Origin: Candidatus Latescibacterota bacterium
GTDB lineage: Bacteria; Latescibacterota; UBA2968; UBA8231
Assembly: GCA_965223905.1 (NCBI GenBank)
Contig: CBDCXV010000001.1
Location: 576,001-640,000 of the forward strand
Direction of reading: 5' to 3'
DNA: 64,000 nucleotides
Shown here piece after piece: positions 28,985-38,997 of this stretch. Under the pieces are notes generated by a model. The model ran no database searches, was not told the origin of the DNA, and saw only the letters and a list, made by a program, of their open reading frames with translations. The translations under genes were made by a program, and so were the position numbers. How positions within the stretch are numbered: the first letter of the stretch is position 1; each line of letters opens with the position of its first letter.

Positions 28985-29890
28985 CTACCACCCGCGCGTT
29001 TGCAGCAGCTGCCCGTCTTCCAGCGAGCCGATCTCGATACCGGGCATGGCCTCGCCGAGCTCCTCGGAGACCCGCGCCAGCACCTGCGGATCGAGGTAGT
29101 GGGTCGTCGCCTCGACGATCGCCTTGGCTCGCTTCGGCGGGTCGCTCGATTTGAAGACACCGGAGCCGACGAAGATCGCCTCGGCGCCGAGCTGCATCAT
29201 CAGCGACGCGTCCGCCGGGGTGGCGACGCCTCCTGCGGCGAAGTTGGGGACCGGCAGCTTGCCGTCCGCGGCGACCATGCGGACGAGCTCGTACGGCCCC
29301 CCGAGCTCCTTGGCCGCGGTCATCAGCTCCTCCGGCCCCAGGGTGGTCAGGCGGCGCATCTCGCCGACGACGGAGCGCATGTGGCGGACGGCCTCGACGA
29401 TGTTGCCGGAACCGGCCTCGCCCTTGGTGCGGATCATGGCCGCCCCCTCGCCGATGCGGCGCAGGGCTTCTCCGAGGTTGCGGGCCCCGCAGACGAAGGG
29501 GACCTCGAAGGCGAACTTGTCGACGTGGAAATGCTCGTCGGCGGGGGTCAGGACCTCGCTTTCGTCGATGTAGTCGACGCCGACCGACTGCAGCACCTGG
29601 GCTTCGGCGAAATGGCCGATGCGTACCTTGGCCATGACCGGAATCGTTACCGACTCCATGATCTCGCGGATCTTGCGGATGCTCGCCATGCGGGCGACCC
29701 CGCCCTCCTTGCGGATATCGGCGGGGACGCGCTCCAGGGCCATCACCGATGTCGCGCCTGCGTCCTCGGCGATGCGGGCCTGGTCGGCGTCGGTGACATC
29801 CATGATGACGCCCCCCTTGAGCATTTCGGCGAGGCCCGTCTTGAGGCGGAAGGTTCCCGATGCCGGCTGTCCGTTGGTCTTGTCGTCCAT
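28985..29890 (-). CDS. pdxS: Pyridoxal 5'-phosphate synthase lyase subunit
   Basis: [41 protein letters not shown]. Confidence 0.97.
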   Translation of the reverse strand: MDDKTNGQPASGTFRLKTGLAEMLKGGVIMDVTDADQARIAEDAGATSVMALERVPADIRKEGGVARMASIRKIREIMESVTIPVMAKVRIGHFAEAQVLQSVGVDYIDESEVLTPADEHFHVDKFAFEVPFVCGARNLGEALRRIGEGAAMIRTKGEAGSGNIVEAVRHMRSVVGEMRRLTTLGPEELMTAAKELGGPYELVRMVAADGKLPVPNFAAGGVATPADASLMMQLGAEAIFVGSGVFKSSDPPKRAKAIVEATTHYLDPQVLARVSEELGEAMPGIEIGSLEDGQLLQTRGW

Positions 29891-29954
29891 TGCTGAAATC
29901 CCCTTAAGTGACTGCGAGAGTGTAGTTCACGACTTCCGGGTGAAACGGGCGAAG

Positions 29955-29983
29955 AAGATACTCCACACCCCTGAGAGGCGCAA
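29955..29983 (-). promoter_or_regulatory. Putative sigma70 promoter of pdxST
   Basis: TTGCGC-17 bp-TATCTT on the minus strand. Confidence 0.45.
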
Positions 29984-29994
29984 AATCCCAGCCG

Positions 29995-31503
29995 CTACTG
30001 CAGCTGCGGAGGATCCTCCCGCCCCCCGGGGCCGGCAGGCTTCCCGGAAGAGCGGCCGCGGGCGGTGCGCCACAGATTGCGGCACAGCTCCCAGGCCAGC
30101 AGCCGCATCCCGATCAGCGTGGCCGCGAGCCAGGCCAGGGCTCCTGCGGCACAGACGGTCAGTGCGTCGCCGGTCGCGAGATTGCGCACCGCCACCAGGA
30201 CTGCCAGCACCAGGGCCGTGACTCCTGCCGGCCGCGCCAGGGCACCGATGAAGTCTGCGAAGGTCAGACCGATCAGGCGGTTGGTCAGGTGCTGCGACAG
30301 GAGGAGAAAGAGGAAAGCGGTCCCGGCGATGGCCGCGGCGGCCCAGGCGACGCCGTGGGAGACGCACAGGAAGAGCACCGGAAGCAGCACCGCGAGACTG
30401 AAGAGCGACCAGTACAGAAGCCAGTTGGACCTGCCCTTGGCGAGGAATATCGAGCCGGCCGCGGAGCCGGCCGCTTTCAACAGGGCCGCGGCGGCGAGCA
30501 GTTGCAGCGGCAGGGCCGCCGGACCGAGATCGCGCCCGTCGATCCGCCTCAGCAGCTCGAGCGCCTCGGGAGCGAAGACGAAGATCGCCAGCAGCGGCCA
30601 GAAGAAGAGGGCGATCGACTGCACCGTTTGCAGATAGGCGCGCCGCAGCAGCGCGTCGTCTTCCTGGATGGCGGAGAAGGTCGGAAAGAAAACGCGCATG
30701 ACGACGGTGGATATCCGCACCAGCGGCATCAGGGTGAGCCGATGGGCGAAGCGGTAGTACCCCAGCGCGGTTTCCCCGAGAAGGGGGAAGATGACGAACC
30801 CGGCGAGGTTGTGGCCGGCGTAGTTGAGGCAGCGAGAGCCGGTCAGGTTGATCCCGAAGCGAAGCAGGTCGCGAAGGGCGGCCAGCCGGAAGCGGAGCCT
30901 CGGCGTCCAGGAGCTCGCGCGCCACAATCCCGCCAGCAGCGCCAGCTCGCGCACCACGGCGCTGAAAACGGCGCTCATGACACCGTACTGGCGCAGCAGG
31001 AGGATGGCCGCGGCGGTATAGAGCAGGATGGAGAACGCCTCGGCCGCGGCCATCTGGCGAAAGCGGAGGTCCTTTTGCAGCCGGCCGCGAAAGACGCCGG
31101 AGACCGCGGCGAACGGCACCAGCAGAACCAGGACCCGGGTGACGCGGGCGAACTGCTCCGGATCGGCGGCGCCGCTCAGGCGCGCCAGTTGCGGGGCCGT
31201 GGCGGCGACCGCCGCGGTCAGGGCCGCACCGGCGGCGAGGGTGGTCCAGAAGGCGGAGTCGAAATGCTCTTCGGAGGCGTTGCGGTGCTGCACCAGCGCC
31301 GACCCCAGGCCCAGGTCGGCGACCAGCGCGAGAACCATCACGACAATCAGGGCGTACTCGAAGCGCCCCATCTCCTCGGTCGGGATGAAGGCGTAGAACA
31401 GCACCCCGATGAACAGCTGCAGGGCGAAGGGGCTGGCCGTCCACAACACTCCGCGCAGAACGCGCGTCGACAGGGGGCCCTCGCGGCCGGACTCTACAGA
31501 CAC
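29995..31503 (-). CDS. Polysaccharide/oligosaccharide flippase (Wzx/WzxC family)
   Basis: ADLGLGSALVQ, LQKDLRFR, LGYYRFA, many TM helices; GTG start inferred. Confidence 0.85.
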   Translation of the reverse strand: MSVESGREGPLSTRVLRGVLWTASPFALQLFIGVLFYAFIPTEEMGRFEYALIVVMVLALVADLGLGSALVQHRNASEEHFDSAFWTTLAAGAALTAAVAATAPQLARLSGAADPEQFARVTRVLVLLVPFAAVSGVFRGRLQKDLRFRQMAAAEAFSILLYTAAAILLLRQYGVMSAVFSAVVRELALLAGLWRASSWTPRLRFRLAALRDLLRFGINLTGSRCLNYAGHNLAGFVIFPLLGETALGYYRFAHRLTLMPLVRISTVVMRVFFPTFSAIQEDDALLRRAYLQTVQSIALFFWPLLAIFVFAPEALELLRRIDGRDLGPAALPLQLLAAAALLKAAGSAAGSIFLAKGRSNWLLYWSLFSLAVLLPVLFLCVSHGVAWAAAAIAGTAFLFLLLSQHLTNRLIGLTFADFIGALARPAGVTALVLAVLVAVRNLATGDALTVCAAGALAWLAATLIGMRLLAWELCRNLWRTARGRSSGKPAGPGGREDPPQLQ

Positions 31504-32324
31504 CCGCGTGCGAATTCGATATTTCGCAACGTGTTCGACTCCCTTGGGGTCAACCTTTCGTCGACCAGGCCGAACGCCTCGTGCAGTTCGTCCGTGTGCG
31601 TCTCGACAACGACAAAGCCGTCGTATCCGTCCCCTTTCAAGGACTTCAGCAGGGCCCGCCAGTCGATGTCGGGTCCCTCCATCAAGCCCCATGCTCCGGT
31701 CGCAGAGACGTAGTTCTTGAGGTGCACGCAGCCGACCGTGGCCCCGTTGGAGTCGCGCAACTCTTCGTATTCGTGCGGATAAGGACTGGCGGAACCGGCC
31801 CGGGCGGCATTCCCCGGGTCCCAGCACAGGCCGAGGCGATCCTCCCCGACGCGGCGGATGATTCCAGCCGCCAGGCGGCCGGTACCGCCCCAGCACCCCG
31901 CCTCGTTCTCCAGCAGCAGCCGGCAGCCGGCGCGCTCGGCTGCCTCGCACATCCCGGCGAGCCGATCGACGACCTCGTCCGGCATCTGCGTGTCCCCGGC
32001 ACGGCGGAAGGCAAAGCAGGAAACCCGGTCGCTACCCCAGCGCCGCGCCCATTCGCAGGCGCGCGGGAGGGTTTCGGTCATGTCCTGGTCGATGGACGGG
32101 TCGTCCAACCGGCACTTGAACAGGCCCGGGGAGACGCCGGACACCGCGAGGCCGGCATCTTCGAAACAGCGCTGGAAATCCTGAAGTTCGGCATCCCCCA
32201 GGCGAGGGAATCGAACGCCATCGATAGCGCGCACCTCGATATGGGAAACGCCCCACGCCGCAGCCAGCTCCACGGCGCGAGCCGAGGAAGGGGAGATCTC
32301 GTCGGTGAATACCGATAGTTTCAT
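31494..32324 (-). CDS. Sugar phosphate isomerase/epimerase (AP_endonuc_2 TIM barrel)
   Basis: FTDEIS, LLENE, WDPGN, VHLKN, VVETH metal ligands. Confidence 0.85.
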   Translation of the reverse strand: MKLSVFTDEISPSSARAVELAAAWGVSHIEVRAIDGVRFPRLGDAELQDFQRCFEDAGLAVSGVSPGLFKCRLDDPSIDQDMTETLPRACEWARRWGSDRVSCFAFRRAGDTQMPDEVVDRLAGMCEAAERAGCRLLLENEAGCWGGTGRLAAGIIRRVGEDRLGLCWDPGNAARAGSASPYPHEYEELRDSNGATVGCVHLKNYVSATGAWGLMEGPDIDWRALLKSLKGDGYDGFVVVETHTDELHEAFGLVDERLTPRESNTLRNIEFARGCL

Positions 32325-32509
32325 AGTTTCAAGGAAGGAAAAGGAGCTTGCCGTCGGAACACGGAGATGACATGCTGAATGAGGCAGGTATTTTTACCAA
32401 GTACTTCTACAAGGTACAGAGCCCGTAGCAAAAGTCCATTGATCCGCGGCCTGCTTTCACCACGTTTGATCGCGGAACAGTCCAACTTCCCTCTAACTGA
32501 AGAACCCTC

Positions 32510-33538
32510 ATGACAGAACTGATTTTCGCCGTCGCCGCCGCGGTGCTGATTTCGGCGATGTGCTCCCTGTTCGAGGCCGTGCTCTACTCGGTGCCGGTGG
32601 GGCACATCGAATCCCTGGCGAATGCCGATCGCAAGGCCGGGCGCATCCTGCAGCGCCTGCGGGGAAACGTCGACCGTCCGATCGCCGCCATCCTGTCGCT
32701 CAACACCATCGCCAACACCGCCGGGGCAGCGGTCGCCGGCGCCGCTGCCGCCAAGGTCTTCGGCGAGGCCTGGGTGGGCTATTTTTCGGGCGCCTTCACC
32801 CTGGCCATCCTGATGTTCTCCGAGGTGATTCCCAAGACCGCCGGGGTGGTCTACAGCCGGCCCCTGGCCGCGGTGATCGCGGGTCCCCTGGCCCTTCTGG
32901 TTTGGCTCTTCAGTCCCCTGATCTGGCTGTGCGGCATGGCGACCCGCGTGGTGTCGCGGGGCCGCGAGCCGGAGCACGTGTCGGAGGAGGAGATCCTCGG
33001 CCTGGCGCGCATGGGGCAGCAGTCCGGCGCTCTCGAGGCCGACCACGCCGCGGCGATCGCCAACATCCTCACCCTGCAGGACAAGTCGGTGCGCGACATC
33101 ATGACCCCGCGTACCGTGGTCTTCGCCCTGCCTGCCTCCACCACCGTGGAGGAGTTGCGCGCGCGCGGGGGTACTTTCGAGCACAGCCGCATCCCCGTGT
33201 ACGACAAGAACGCCGACGACGTGGTGGGTATCGTGCTGGGGCGGGAGGTGCTCGCTGCAATGGCGGGGGGCTCGGGAAAGGCACGCCTCGAAGAGGTGAT
33301 GCGCCCTGTCGACTTCGTCGCCGAATCGGTAACGCTCGACAGGCTGCTGCGCATTTTCATGGAACGGCGCCAGCACCTGCTGATGGTCCTCGACGAGTTC
33401 GGGGGGCTCGCAGGGGTTGTGACTCTCGAGGACGTGATCGAGGAGATTCTCGGGCAGGAAATCGTCGACGAGTTCGACAAGGTGGCCGACCTGCGCGAGC
33501 TCGCCCGCCGCCGCCGCGAGCGCACCCTCGGCGGCTGA
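32510..33538 (+). CDS. CNNM/hemolysin-family CBS-domain membrane protein
   Basis: CSLFEA, ILSLNTIANT, SEVIPK, DIMTPR, HSRIPVY, DEFGG..GVVTLEDVIEEILGQEIVDE. Confidence 0.92.
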   Translation: MTELIFAVAAAVLISAMCSLFEAVLYSVPVGHIESLANADRKAGRILQRLRGNVDRPIAAILSLNTIANTAGAAVAGAAAAKVFGEAWVGYFSGAFTLAILMFSEVIPKTAGVVYSRPLAAVIAGPLALLVWLFSPLIWLCGMATRVVSRGREPEHVSEEEILGLARMGQQSGALEADHAAAIANILTLQDKSVRDIMTPRTVVFALPASTTVEELRARGGTFEHSRIPVYDKNADDVVGIVLGREVLAAMAGGSGKARLEEVMRPVDFVAESVTLDRLLRIFMERRQHLLMVLDEFGGLAGVVTLEDVIEEILGQEIVDEFDKVADLRELARRRRERTLGG

Positions 33539-33547
33539 GGCAAAAAG

Positions 33548-33581
33548 AAAAAGCCCCCGGAGCATCGGTCCGGAGGCTTTT
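33548..33581. terminator. Bidirectional intrinsic terminator
   Basis: AAAAGCCCCCGGA-loop-TCCGGAGGCTTTT between the CNNM gene and the tRNA. Confidence 0.75.
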
Positions 33582-33585
33582 GTTC

Positions 33586-33660
33586 TGGTGCTCCCACGGA
33601 GAGTCGAACTCCGGTTACAGGGTTGAAAACCCTGGGTCCTGACCGCTAGACGATGGGAGC
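33586..33660 (-). tRNA. tRNA-Glu (UUC)
   Basis: GCTCCCATCGTCTAGCGGTCAGGACCCAGGGTTTTCAACCCTGTAACCGGAGTTCGACTCTCCGTGGGAGCACCA: cloverleaf, anticodon TTC, encoded CCA. Confidence 0.97.
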
Positions 33661-33694
33661 AATATTCCCGCGTTTTCGATTTTTGCAGCGGCTG

Positions 33695-33723
33695 AATATA
33701 GAGGGCGGACCCCGCAGTGGCAA
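33695..33723 (-). promoter_or_regulatory. sigma70 promoter of tRNA-Glu
   Basis: TTGCCA-17 bp-TATATT followed by a GC-rich discriminator. Confidence 0.7.
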
Positions 33724-33915
33724 CAGGTAGGAAAAGCGTGTAAGCATGGCCCTGATCTGCAGTTAGCCCGTGCCGTCCCCGGCGGCCGGCGGCCGTCATC
33801 GGAGGCCGGAAGCGGTATTGTCAGGCAGGAGAGCCGGGATAGTCCGGGAGCTCGGTCGGTCCATCGACGCCAGGGCTTCAGGCTTTCCCTCCAGCGCCGA
33901 CTTGTGGCGCCGCCG

Positions 33916-35343
33916 CTAGCCGAACAGCTCGACCTCGGGGTGCTGGAGGTGCCACTCGGTGGCGTCCTCGAAGGCGCGCGCCAGCCTGAGAATCCGGCCC
34001 TCTTCGTACGGCTTGCCGATGAGCTGCAGACCCACAGGCAGTCCGCCGCGGGTCAGCCCGCACGGCAGCGACACCGCGCACAGCCCCAGCTGATTGACCG
34101 GGAGGGTATTGCGCAGGGCCATCAGGTTCATCGGGCCGTAATTCTCGTCGGTGTCGGTCTCTTCGAGGGTGGGCGCGGAAATCGCCGTGGTCGGCGCCAG
34201 CAGGGCGTCGATGCCGTCGAGCCGCCTCAAGGCCGACCGCCGCAGCTCCTCGCGGCGCCGCTGCATGTGAAGGTAGTCGCACGCCGTCATGTCCTTGCCG
34301 GCGAGCATGCGGCCGGCCACGATCGGGTCGAAGGCCCCGGGATCGCCCTCCAGGTAGTCGCGGAGGTTTAGGTAGGTTTCGACCGAGGTCATGCGGCCCG
34401 GCTGCAGCTCGGCCAGCTCGTCGAGCTCTTCGATCGAGATCTCGTCGACGTCGACCCCCTGCTCGGCGAAGACCTGCACGCAGGCGCGGACCGCGGCCTC
34501 TACCTCTGGATCGACCTCTTCCCAGAAGTACTCCCGCGGCAGGCAGACGCGCATTCCTCCCACGTCCCCTTCCAGTTCGTCGAAGACCGCGTCCACCGGT
34601 TGTTCCCAGGTGTCCGGGTCCGCGGGATCCGGCCCGGCCAGGACTCGGTACAGCAGCGCCGCGTCGCGCACGCAGCGGGTCATCGGCCCGACGGAATCGA
34701 GGGCGCTGTCGAGAGGGAGGGTCCCGGCGTTGCTCAGGCGTCCGAAGGTCGGCTTCAGGCCCACGATACCGCAGAAGGAGGCCGGGATGCGCACCGAGCC
34801 CCCGGTATCGCTCCCGATCGCCGCCGGCGCCAGATCGGCGGCCACGGCGACCCCTGAGCCGCTGCTCGAGCCGCCCGGGAGGCGGTGAACTTCGGCGTCC
34901 CACGGATTCCAAGGGGTTCCGTAATGGTGGTTGACCCCGGTGCCGCCGAAGGCGAACTCGACTAGGTGCGTTTTCCCCAGCAGCACCGCCCCGGCCTCCC
35001 ACAGCCTGCGGGCGCAGGTCGAGTCCCGTGCCGCCACCTTGTCGCGGAACAGCAGCGACCCCCCTGTAGTCGGCAGCCCGGAAATATCGATCAGGTCCTT
35101 GATGGCGAGCGGGATGCCGTGGAGGGGTCCGATGTAATGCCCGCCCCGGATCGCCGTCTCCGCGGCGCGCGCCGCGGCCATGGCGCGGTCCGCGGTGACG
35201 CACAGGTAGGCGTTGAGCACCTCGTTGCAGGAGCCGATGCGGTCGAGGTAGTACTCGGCGATCTCGACCGGGGAGAGCTGGCCCTTCTCGACGGCCGGCG
35301 CCAGGCCGGCGATGGTCGGGAACGGTTCGAAGGCCGGGGTCAC
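33916..35343 (-). CDS. Amidase (amidase-signature family, GatA-like)
   Basis: GPLHGIPLAIKD, PGGSSSGS, GSDTGGSVRIPAS; GTG start overlapping the upstream stop. Confidence 0.92.
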   Translation of the reverse strand: MTPAFEPFPTIAGLAPAVEKGQLSPVEIAEYYLDRIGSCNEVLNAYLCVTADRAMAAARAAETAIRGGHYIGPLHGIPLAIKDLIDISGLPTTGGSLLFRDKVAARDSTCARRLWEAGAVLLGKTHLVEFAFGGTGVNHHYGTPWNPWDAEVHRLPGGSSSGSGVAVAADLAPAAIGSDTGGSVRIPASFCGIVGLKPTFGRLSNAGTLPLDSALDSVGPMTRCVRDAALLYRVLAGPDPADPDTWEQPVDAVFDELEGDVGGMRVCLPREYFWEEVDPEVEAAVRACVQVFAEQGVDVDEISIEELDELAELQPGRMTSVETYLNLRDYLEGDPGAFDPIVAGRMLAGKDMTACDYLHMQRRREELRRSALRRLDGIDALLAPTTAISAPTLEETDTDENYGPMNLMALRNTLPVNQLGLCAVSLPCGLTRGGLPVGLQLIGKPYEEGRILRLARAFEDATEWHLQHPEVELFG

Positions 35344-36200
35344 GTGGAAGTCCCGCGGGGAAGGGGGTTCTCGAAAGGCGCCAGCGAACGCAGGTAGGCG
35401 GCGCTGCGCTCCGCCGCTTCCGCGGGGCCGCGCAGCCCGGCGAAGGCCTGGTGGATGGTGACGCAGCCGTCGTAGCCGATCCCCTGCAGGGCGGCGAAAA
35501 TTCCGGGAAAGTCCATGCCCCCCGGCTCCCATACCGGGAGGTGGTCGAAGTGGACGGGGCCGCGGCACCAGGTGTCGAGCACCCCCTCCCCCTGGGGATT
35601 CTCGACGTGGTTCTGCAGGTAGACGTTGAAGATGTGGGGGGCGAACCGCTCTATGGTCTCGCGCCCGTAGTCCTGGCCGCAGGCATCGAGGTTCACCGGC
35701 TCGTAGATGATGCCGAAGTTGGGCTGGCCGACCTGCCGCACCACCTCGAGGGAGCGCTCGACCTCCTCGAACAGGCTGCAGGTGTGGCACTGGTGAACGA
35801 GGCGCATGCCGCGCTCCGCGGCCTCGTCGCAGGCGTTGCGGGCATGCGCGATATCCGCCTCCGTTTTCATGCAGATGCGCAGCAGCTCCGCGCCCAGCCC
35901 CTCGGCGAGGTCGAGGTAGGGGGTGATGTTGCGCAGCGCCTGCGGCCCCTCGGCGTCGCTGTTCTGCGGGATCGGGAAATCCCCGGTGACCATCGACACG
36001 GCGAGACCGTGCCCGTCCAGCATGGCGCGCGCCGCCCGCACCTCTTCGGCCCCGGAGTGGATTCCCAGCTGCGAGGCGCGCATGCAGAGGGCGTGGTAGC
36101 CGTGGGTCAGGGCGAGGTCCGCCAGCCCCTCCAGCGTCATGTCGGCCCTGGTCTTGTCGCCGAAGCTCTCGGCGACGCGCACGGACAGGCTCAGCTTCAC
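35340..36200 (-). CDS. Sugar phosphate isomerase/epimerase-family TIM barrel protein
   Basis: Family pattern with variant ligands (HQCH, YEPVN, YLQN, TIHQ); operon position. Confidence 0.7.
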   Translation of the reverse strand: MKLSLSVRVAESFGDKTRADMTLEGLADLALTHGYHALCMRASQLGIHSGAEEVRAARAMLDGHGLAVSMVTGDFPIPQNSDAEGPQALRNITPYLDLAEGLGAELLRICMKTEADIAHARNACDEAAERGMRLVHQCHTCSLFEEVERSLEVVRQVGQPNFGIIYEPVNLDACGQDYGRETIERFAPHIFNVYLQNHVENPQGEGVLDTWCRGPVHFDHLPVWEPGGMDFPGIFAALQGIGYDGCVTIHQAFAGLRGPAEAAERSAAYLRSLAPFENPLPRGTST

Positions 36201-36224
36201 GTTACAGACTCCCCGGAAAACGGT

Positions 36225-37229
36225 TCACAGCGCACCTTGGTGGCCGTGCAGGATCGCCTCGCACAGGCGCATCGTGTGCACAGCGTCGCCCAGGGTCGAC
36301 CAGGGTTCGGTGCCGGCGAGGATGCAGTCGGCGAAGTGGGTGGTCTCGTTGAATCCGGGGCCTCCCACCGCCTCGAGGTCGAGCTCCCCCATGGGGCCGG
36401 CTCTGCCCTGCCCATTCCCGGAGCCGGCCTCGTAGAGCTCGATGCGGGGACCCCGGGTCATGTCGAGGTAGGCGGAAAAATCCTCGGCGTGGACCTCGGC
36501 GCGCTGAATGCGGAAGCCGACGCCGTAATGGCTCATCATCACCCCGATGGCCCCGGTGTCGAAGTGGACGACGGCGTTGTGGCGGTCGCAGCCGTCGCGG
36601 GGGCCGTGGTTGGTCGAGGCGTGCACCGCGGTCGGAACCGCGGCGCTCTCCGGGGTGGCGCCGGCGAGCCACCGGATCAGGTCGACGTGGTGGATGGCGT
36701 CGCAGACCAGGGCCGGCGGGGTGGTCGCAGCCATGTCGCCGTAGCCGAGTGGGCTCACCGGTTTGTTGTAGGTTCCGGAGCAGTGAACGGCCCCGCCCCG
36801 CTCCTGAACCAGACGGCGCACGGCGAGCACCTCGGGGAAATAGCGGCGGTTGAAGGAGACGATCGCCTTGCCGCTGGAGGCCCGCGCCGCCGCGGCCATG
36901 GCCTCGGTTTCGGCGCTGCTCATGCCCGGGGATTTCTCTACCGAGACATGCAGGCCGCGCTCGAGGCAGTCGCTGACGATCGGCAGCAGGTGGCCCGGCA
37001 TGGTGACCACGTAGACGACGTCGAGGTCGCACTCGTCGAGCATCCGCCGGTGGTCGGAAAAGGCGGCTTCGGGACCGTGCTCTTCGTTGGCCCGGCGCAG
37101 CCGCTCGGGGTCGATCTCGGCGATTGCCTTCAGGTGCAGCCGCGGTTCGCCGGCGATCATGCGGAAGTGACTCTGGGCGTGGCCGCCGCAGCCGATCACC
37201 GCGGCATTCAAAAGAGAGGGGGATGACAT
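36225..37229 (-). CDS. Gfo/Idh/MocA-family oxidoreductase
   Basis: VIGCGGHAQSH, VEKSP, FNRRY, DAIHHVDL; start MSSPSLL. Confidence 0.9.
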   Translation of the reverse strand: MSSPSLLNAAVIGCGGHAQSHFRMIAGEPRLHLKAIAEIDPERLRRANEEHGPEAAFSDHRRMLDECDLDVVYVVTMPGHLLPIVSDCLERGLHVSVEKSPGMSSAETEAMAAAARASSGKAIVSFNRRYFPEVLAVRRLVQERGGAVHCSGTYNKPVSPLGYGDMAATTPPALVCDAIHHVDLIRWLAGATPESAAVPTAVHASTNHGPRDGCDRHNAVVHFDTGAIGVMMSHYGVGFRIQRAEVHAEDFSAYLDMTRGPRIELYEAGSGNGQGRAGPMGELDLEAVGGPGFNETTHFADCILAGTEPWSTLGDAVHTMRLCEAILHGHQGAL

Positions 37230-37501
37230 GTTTTTCTTCTCGCTCAAAAGGGTCTTGAAAGGGTCTTGGAAGCCCGCCGTCCCCGGGCGTCCGGCAGGGC
37301 CTGGCTTCGGGGGTCGGCCGCGGCAGGGGGCAATGCCCGGCCAGAAGGCGCGGTTGGTGGTGGTCGATGAATGAACAGCATCTGGCGGCGGCATATCTTA
37401 ACGTATCCGGAAGGCCGGACTCAAGAACGAAGCGGGTGCCCGGAAGGACCGCGATGCGCCCGCGACTGTTTTCAGGCTCTCGGAAGCGGAAAGGAAACAA
37501 A

Positions 37502-38296
37502 GTGCTGAAAGCCGGGATATTTCTCGATATGGACAACCTGAGCCGCTGCGGCGGCTACGCCCTCCAGTTTCGCCAGGTCAGGGCCCTGGTGGAGGGCCAG
37601 GGGACGTTGGTTCTGCGGGCGAACGCCTACATGGCGATCAACAGCGAGCGCGAAAGCGTGGACATGGAGTACCAACAGAAAAGGGAGGAGTACCGCACCC
37701 GGGTGCGGCGGGAAGGGTATCACCTCGTGCTCAAGGAGGTGAAGCAGTACCGCGATCCGGAGGGCCAGGTCATCATCAAGGCCAACGCCGACCTCGAGCT
37801 GGCCATAGACGCCCTGCTGCAGTCGGCCAACCTCGACTACGTGCTGCTGGGCAGCGGCGACGGCGACTTCGTGCGCCTGGTGCGGGCCTTGCAGAACAGG
37901 GGCAAGCGGGTCGATCTGCTGTCGTTCATGAACACCAGCAGGGACCTGCGCCAGGAGGTGGACAACCACTTCTCCGGCTACCTGGTGCCCGGGATCCTTC
38001 CCGACGACCGCGGCCCGGACCGGCGCATCAGGGGGATTCTGCACGCCGTCAACGAGGAGAAGGGATACGGATTCCTGACGGTCCGCACCGGCATGGAGCT
38101 CGACAGCGTGCGCGAGGATATCTTCCTGCACATCTCCGACCTGCAGACGGTGAAGGGCGGCACCGTGACCAACGCCCTGTTCGCCCAGTTCAAGACGCGC
38201 GGCACCATGATCGAGTTCGAGCTGGCGGAAGAGAACGGAAGGGCCAAGGCGGTCAGGGCAGTGGAGTTCCGGCCCGAGCTGTGGGGGAGCAGTTGA
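37502..38296 (+). CDS. NYN (LabA/DUF88) domain protein with a C-terminal cold-shock domain
   Basis: IFLDMDN, KANADLELAID, SGDGDF acidic NYN motifs; KGYGFL and DIFLHISDL RNP motifs. Confidence 0.88.
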   Translation: MLKAGIFLDMDNLSRCGGYALQFRQVRALVEGQGTLVLRANAYMAINSERESVDMEYQQKREEYRTRVRREGYHLVLKEVKQYRDPEGQVIIKANADLELAIDALLQSANLDYVLLGSGDGDFVRLVRALQNRGKRVDLLSFMNTSRDLRQEVDNHFSGYLVPGILPDDRGPDRRIRGILHAVNEEKGYGFLTVRTGMELDSVREDIFLHISDLQTVKGGTVTNALFAQFKTRGTMIEFELAEENGRAKAVRAVEFRPELWGSS

Positions 38297-38368
38297 GTTA
38301 CAGGCTGAACGGGGTCCCATTTTCAAATAGATGCTGCGTTATGAAGCTGGTGGGGAGAAGTCAGCGCA

Positions 38369-38599
38369 ATGTCTGATTCGCACCCAATCATTAAGAAGTG
38401 CTCGAGAGAAGTGCTCGAGGAGTCAGCCGCTGAATCGGAACTGATGGGGAGCAAGACGAAATTCTGGTATCTACGTCAGGAAGAAGAAGGACTTTGGCTC
38501 TTCAAATACCCCCGACGTAACACAGGGGAACACTGGGCGGAGAAGATAGCCGCCGTAGTGCACTACAAATTTGAACAGTTACAGGAGCTTATTCCATGA
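38369..38599 (+). pseudogene. Collapsed HipA-like kinase remnant
   Basis: E.MGSKTKFW..WLFKYPRRNTGEHWAEKIA matches the N-terminus of HipA-domain kinases; only 76 aa, no catalytic core. Confidence 0.65.
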
Positions 38600-38906
38600 G
38601 TGAGAGGAACCTGCACGAACCAATGAGCAATGCTGATTTCCAGCCTTTGGTTCCCTGATGGGAGCTGCGCGGCTGGTTTGCCCTCGCCGGAAGCAGATGT
38701 TCTCGGGTAGACAGTAGATACAGACCGGTCGTCAGTCCGGGGGACGGGCACTCTCTCCGTGCGATCCGCCGCCTTAGCCTGCTGGTCTCTGTTGCAAAGC
38801 CCTCGAGCATGGCGTCCGGGTCGAGTTGACGGTCCTGTCGTCCATCGCACCTTGCTGATCCCGTTTTTGATCAGTTCCTGCCCCAATCGGCCTCCCCGCA
38901 CCCGGC

Positions 38907-38984
38907 TATTCAACAAATCGGTTGACAACCATTTCGTTGAACCCGATGTTATTCAACAAATCGGTTGACAACTATTCTGTTGAA
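38907..38984. promoter_or_regulatory. Duplicated palindromic operator (2 x 35 bp; four CAAC-N6-GTTG units)
   Basis: TATTCAACAAATCGGTTGACAACCATTTCGTTGAA (38907) and TATTCAACAAATCGGTTGACAACTATTCTGTTGAA (38950), ending 13 bp before the ATPase start. Confidence 0.7.
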
Positions 38985-38997
38985 TGGGTGAAAAGCC

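Noticed and set aside
33586-33660. tRNA-Glu as an island attachment site
   Set aside because: No integrase and no duplicated tRNA 3' end seen; flanks are ordinary genes.
38907-38984. Mini CRISPR array
   Set aside because: Only two repeats separated by 8 bp and no cas genes; it fits an operator better.
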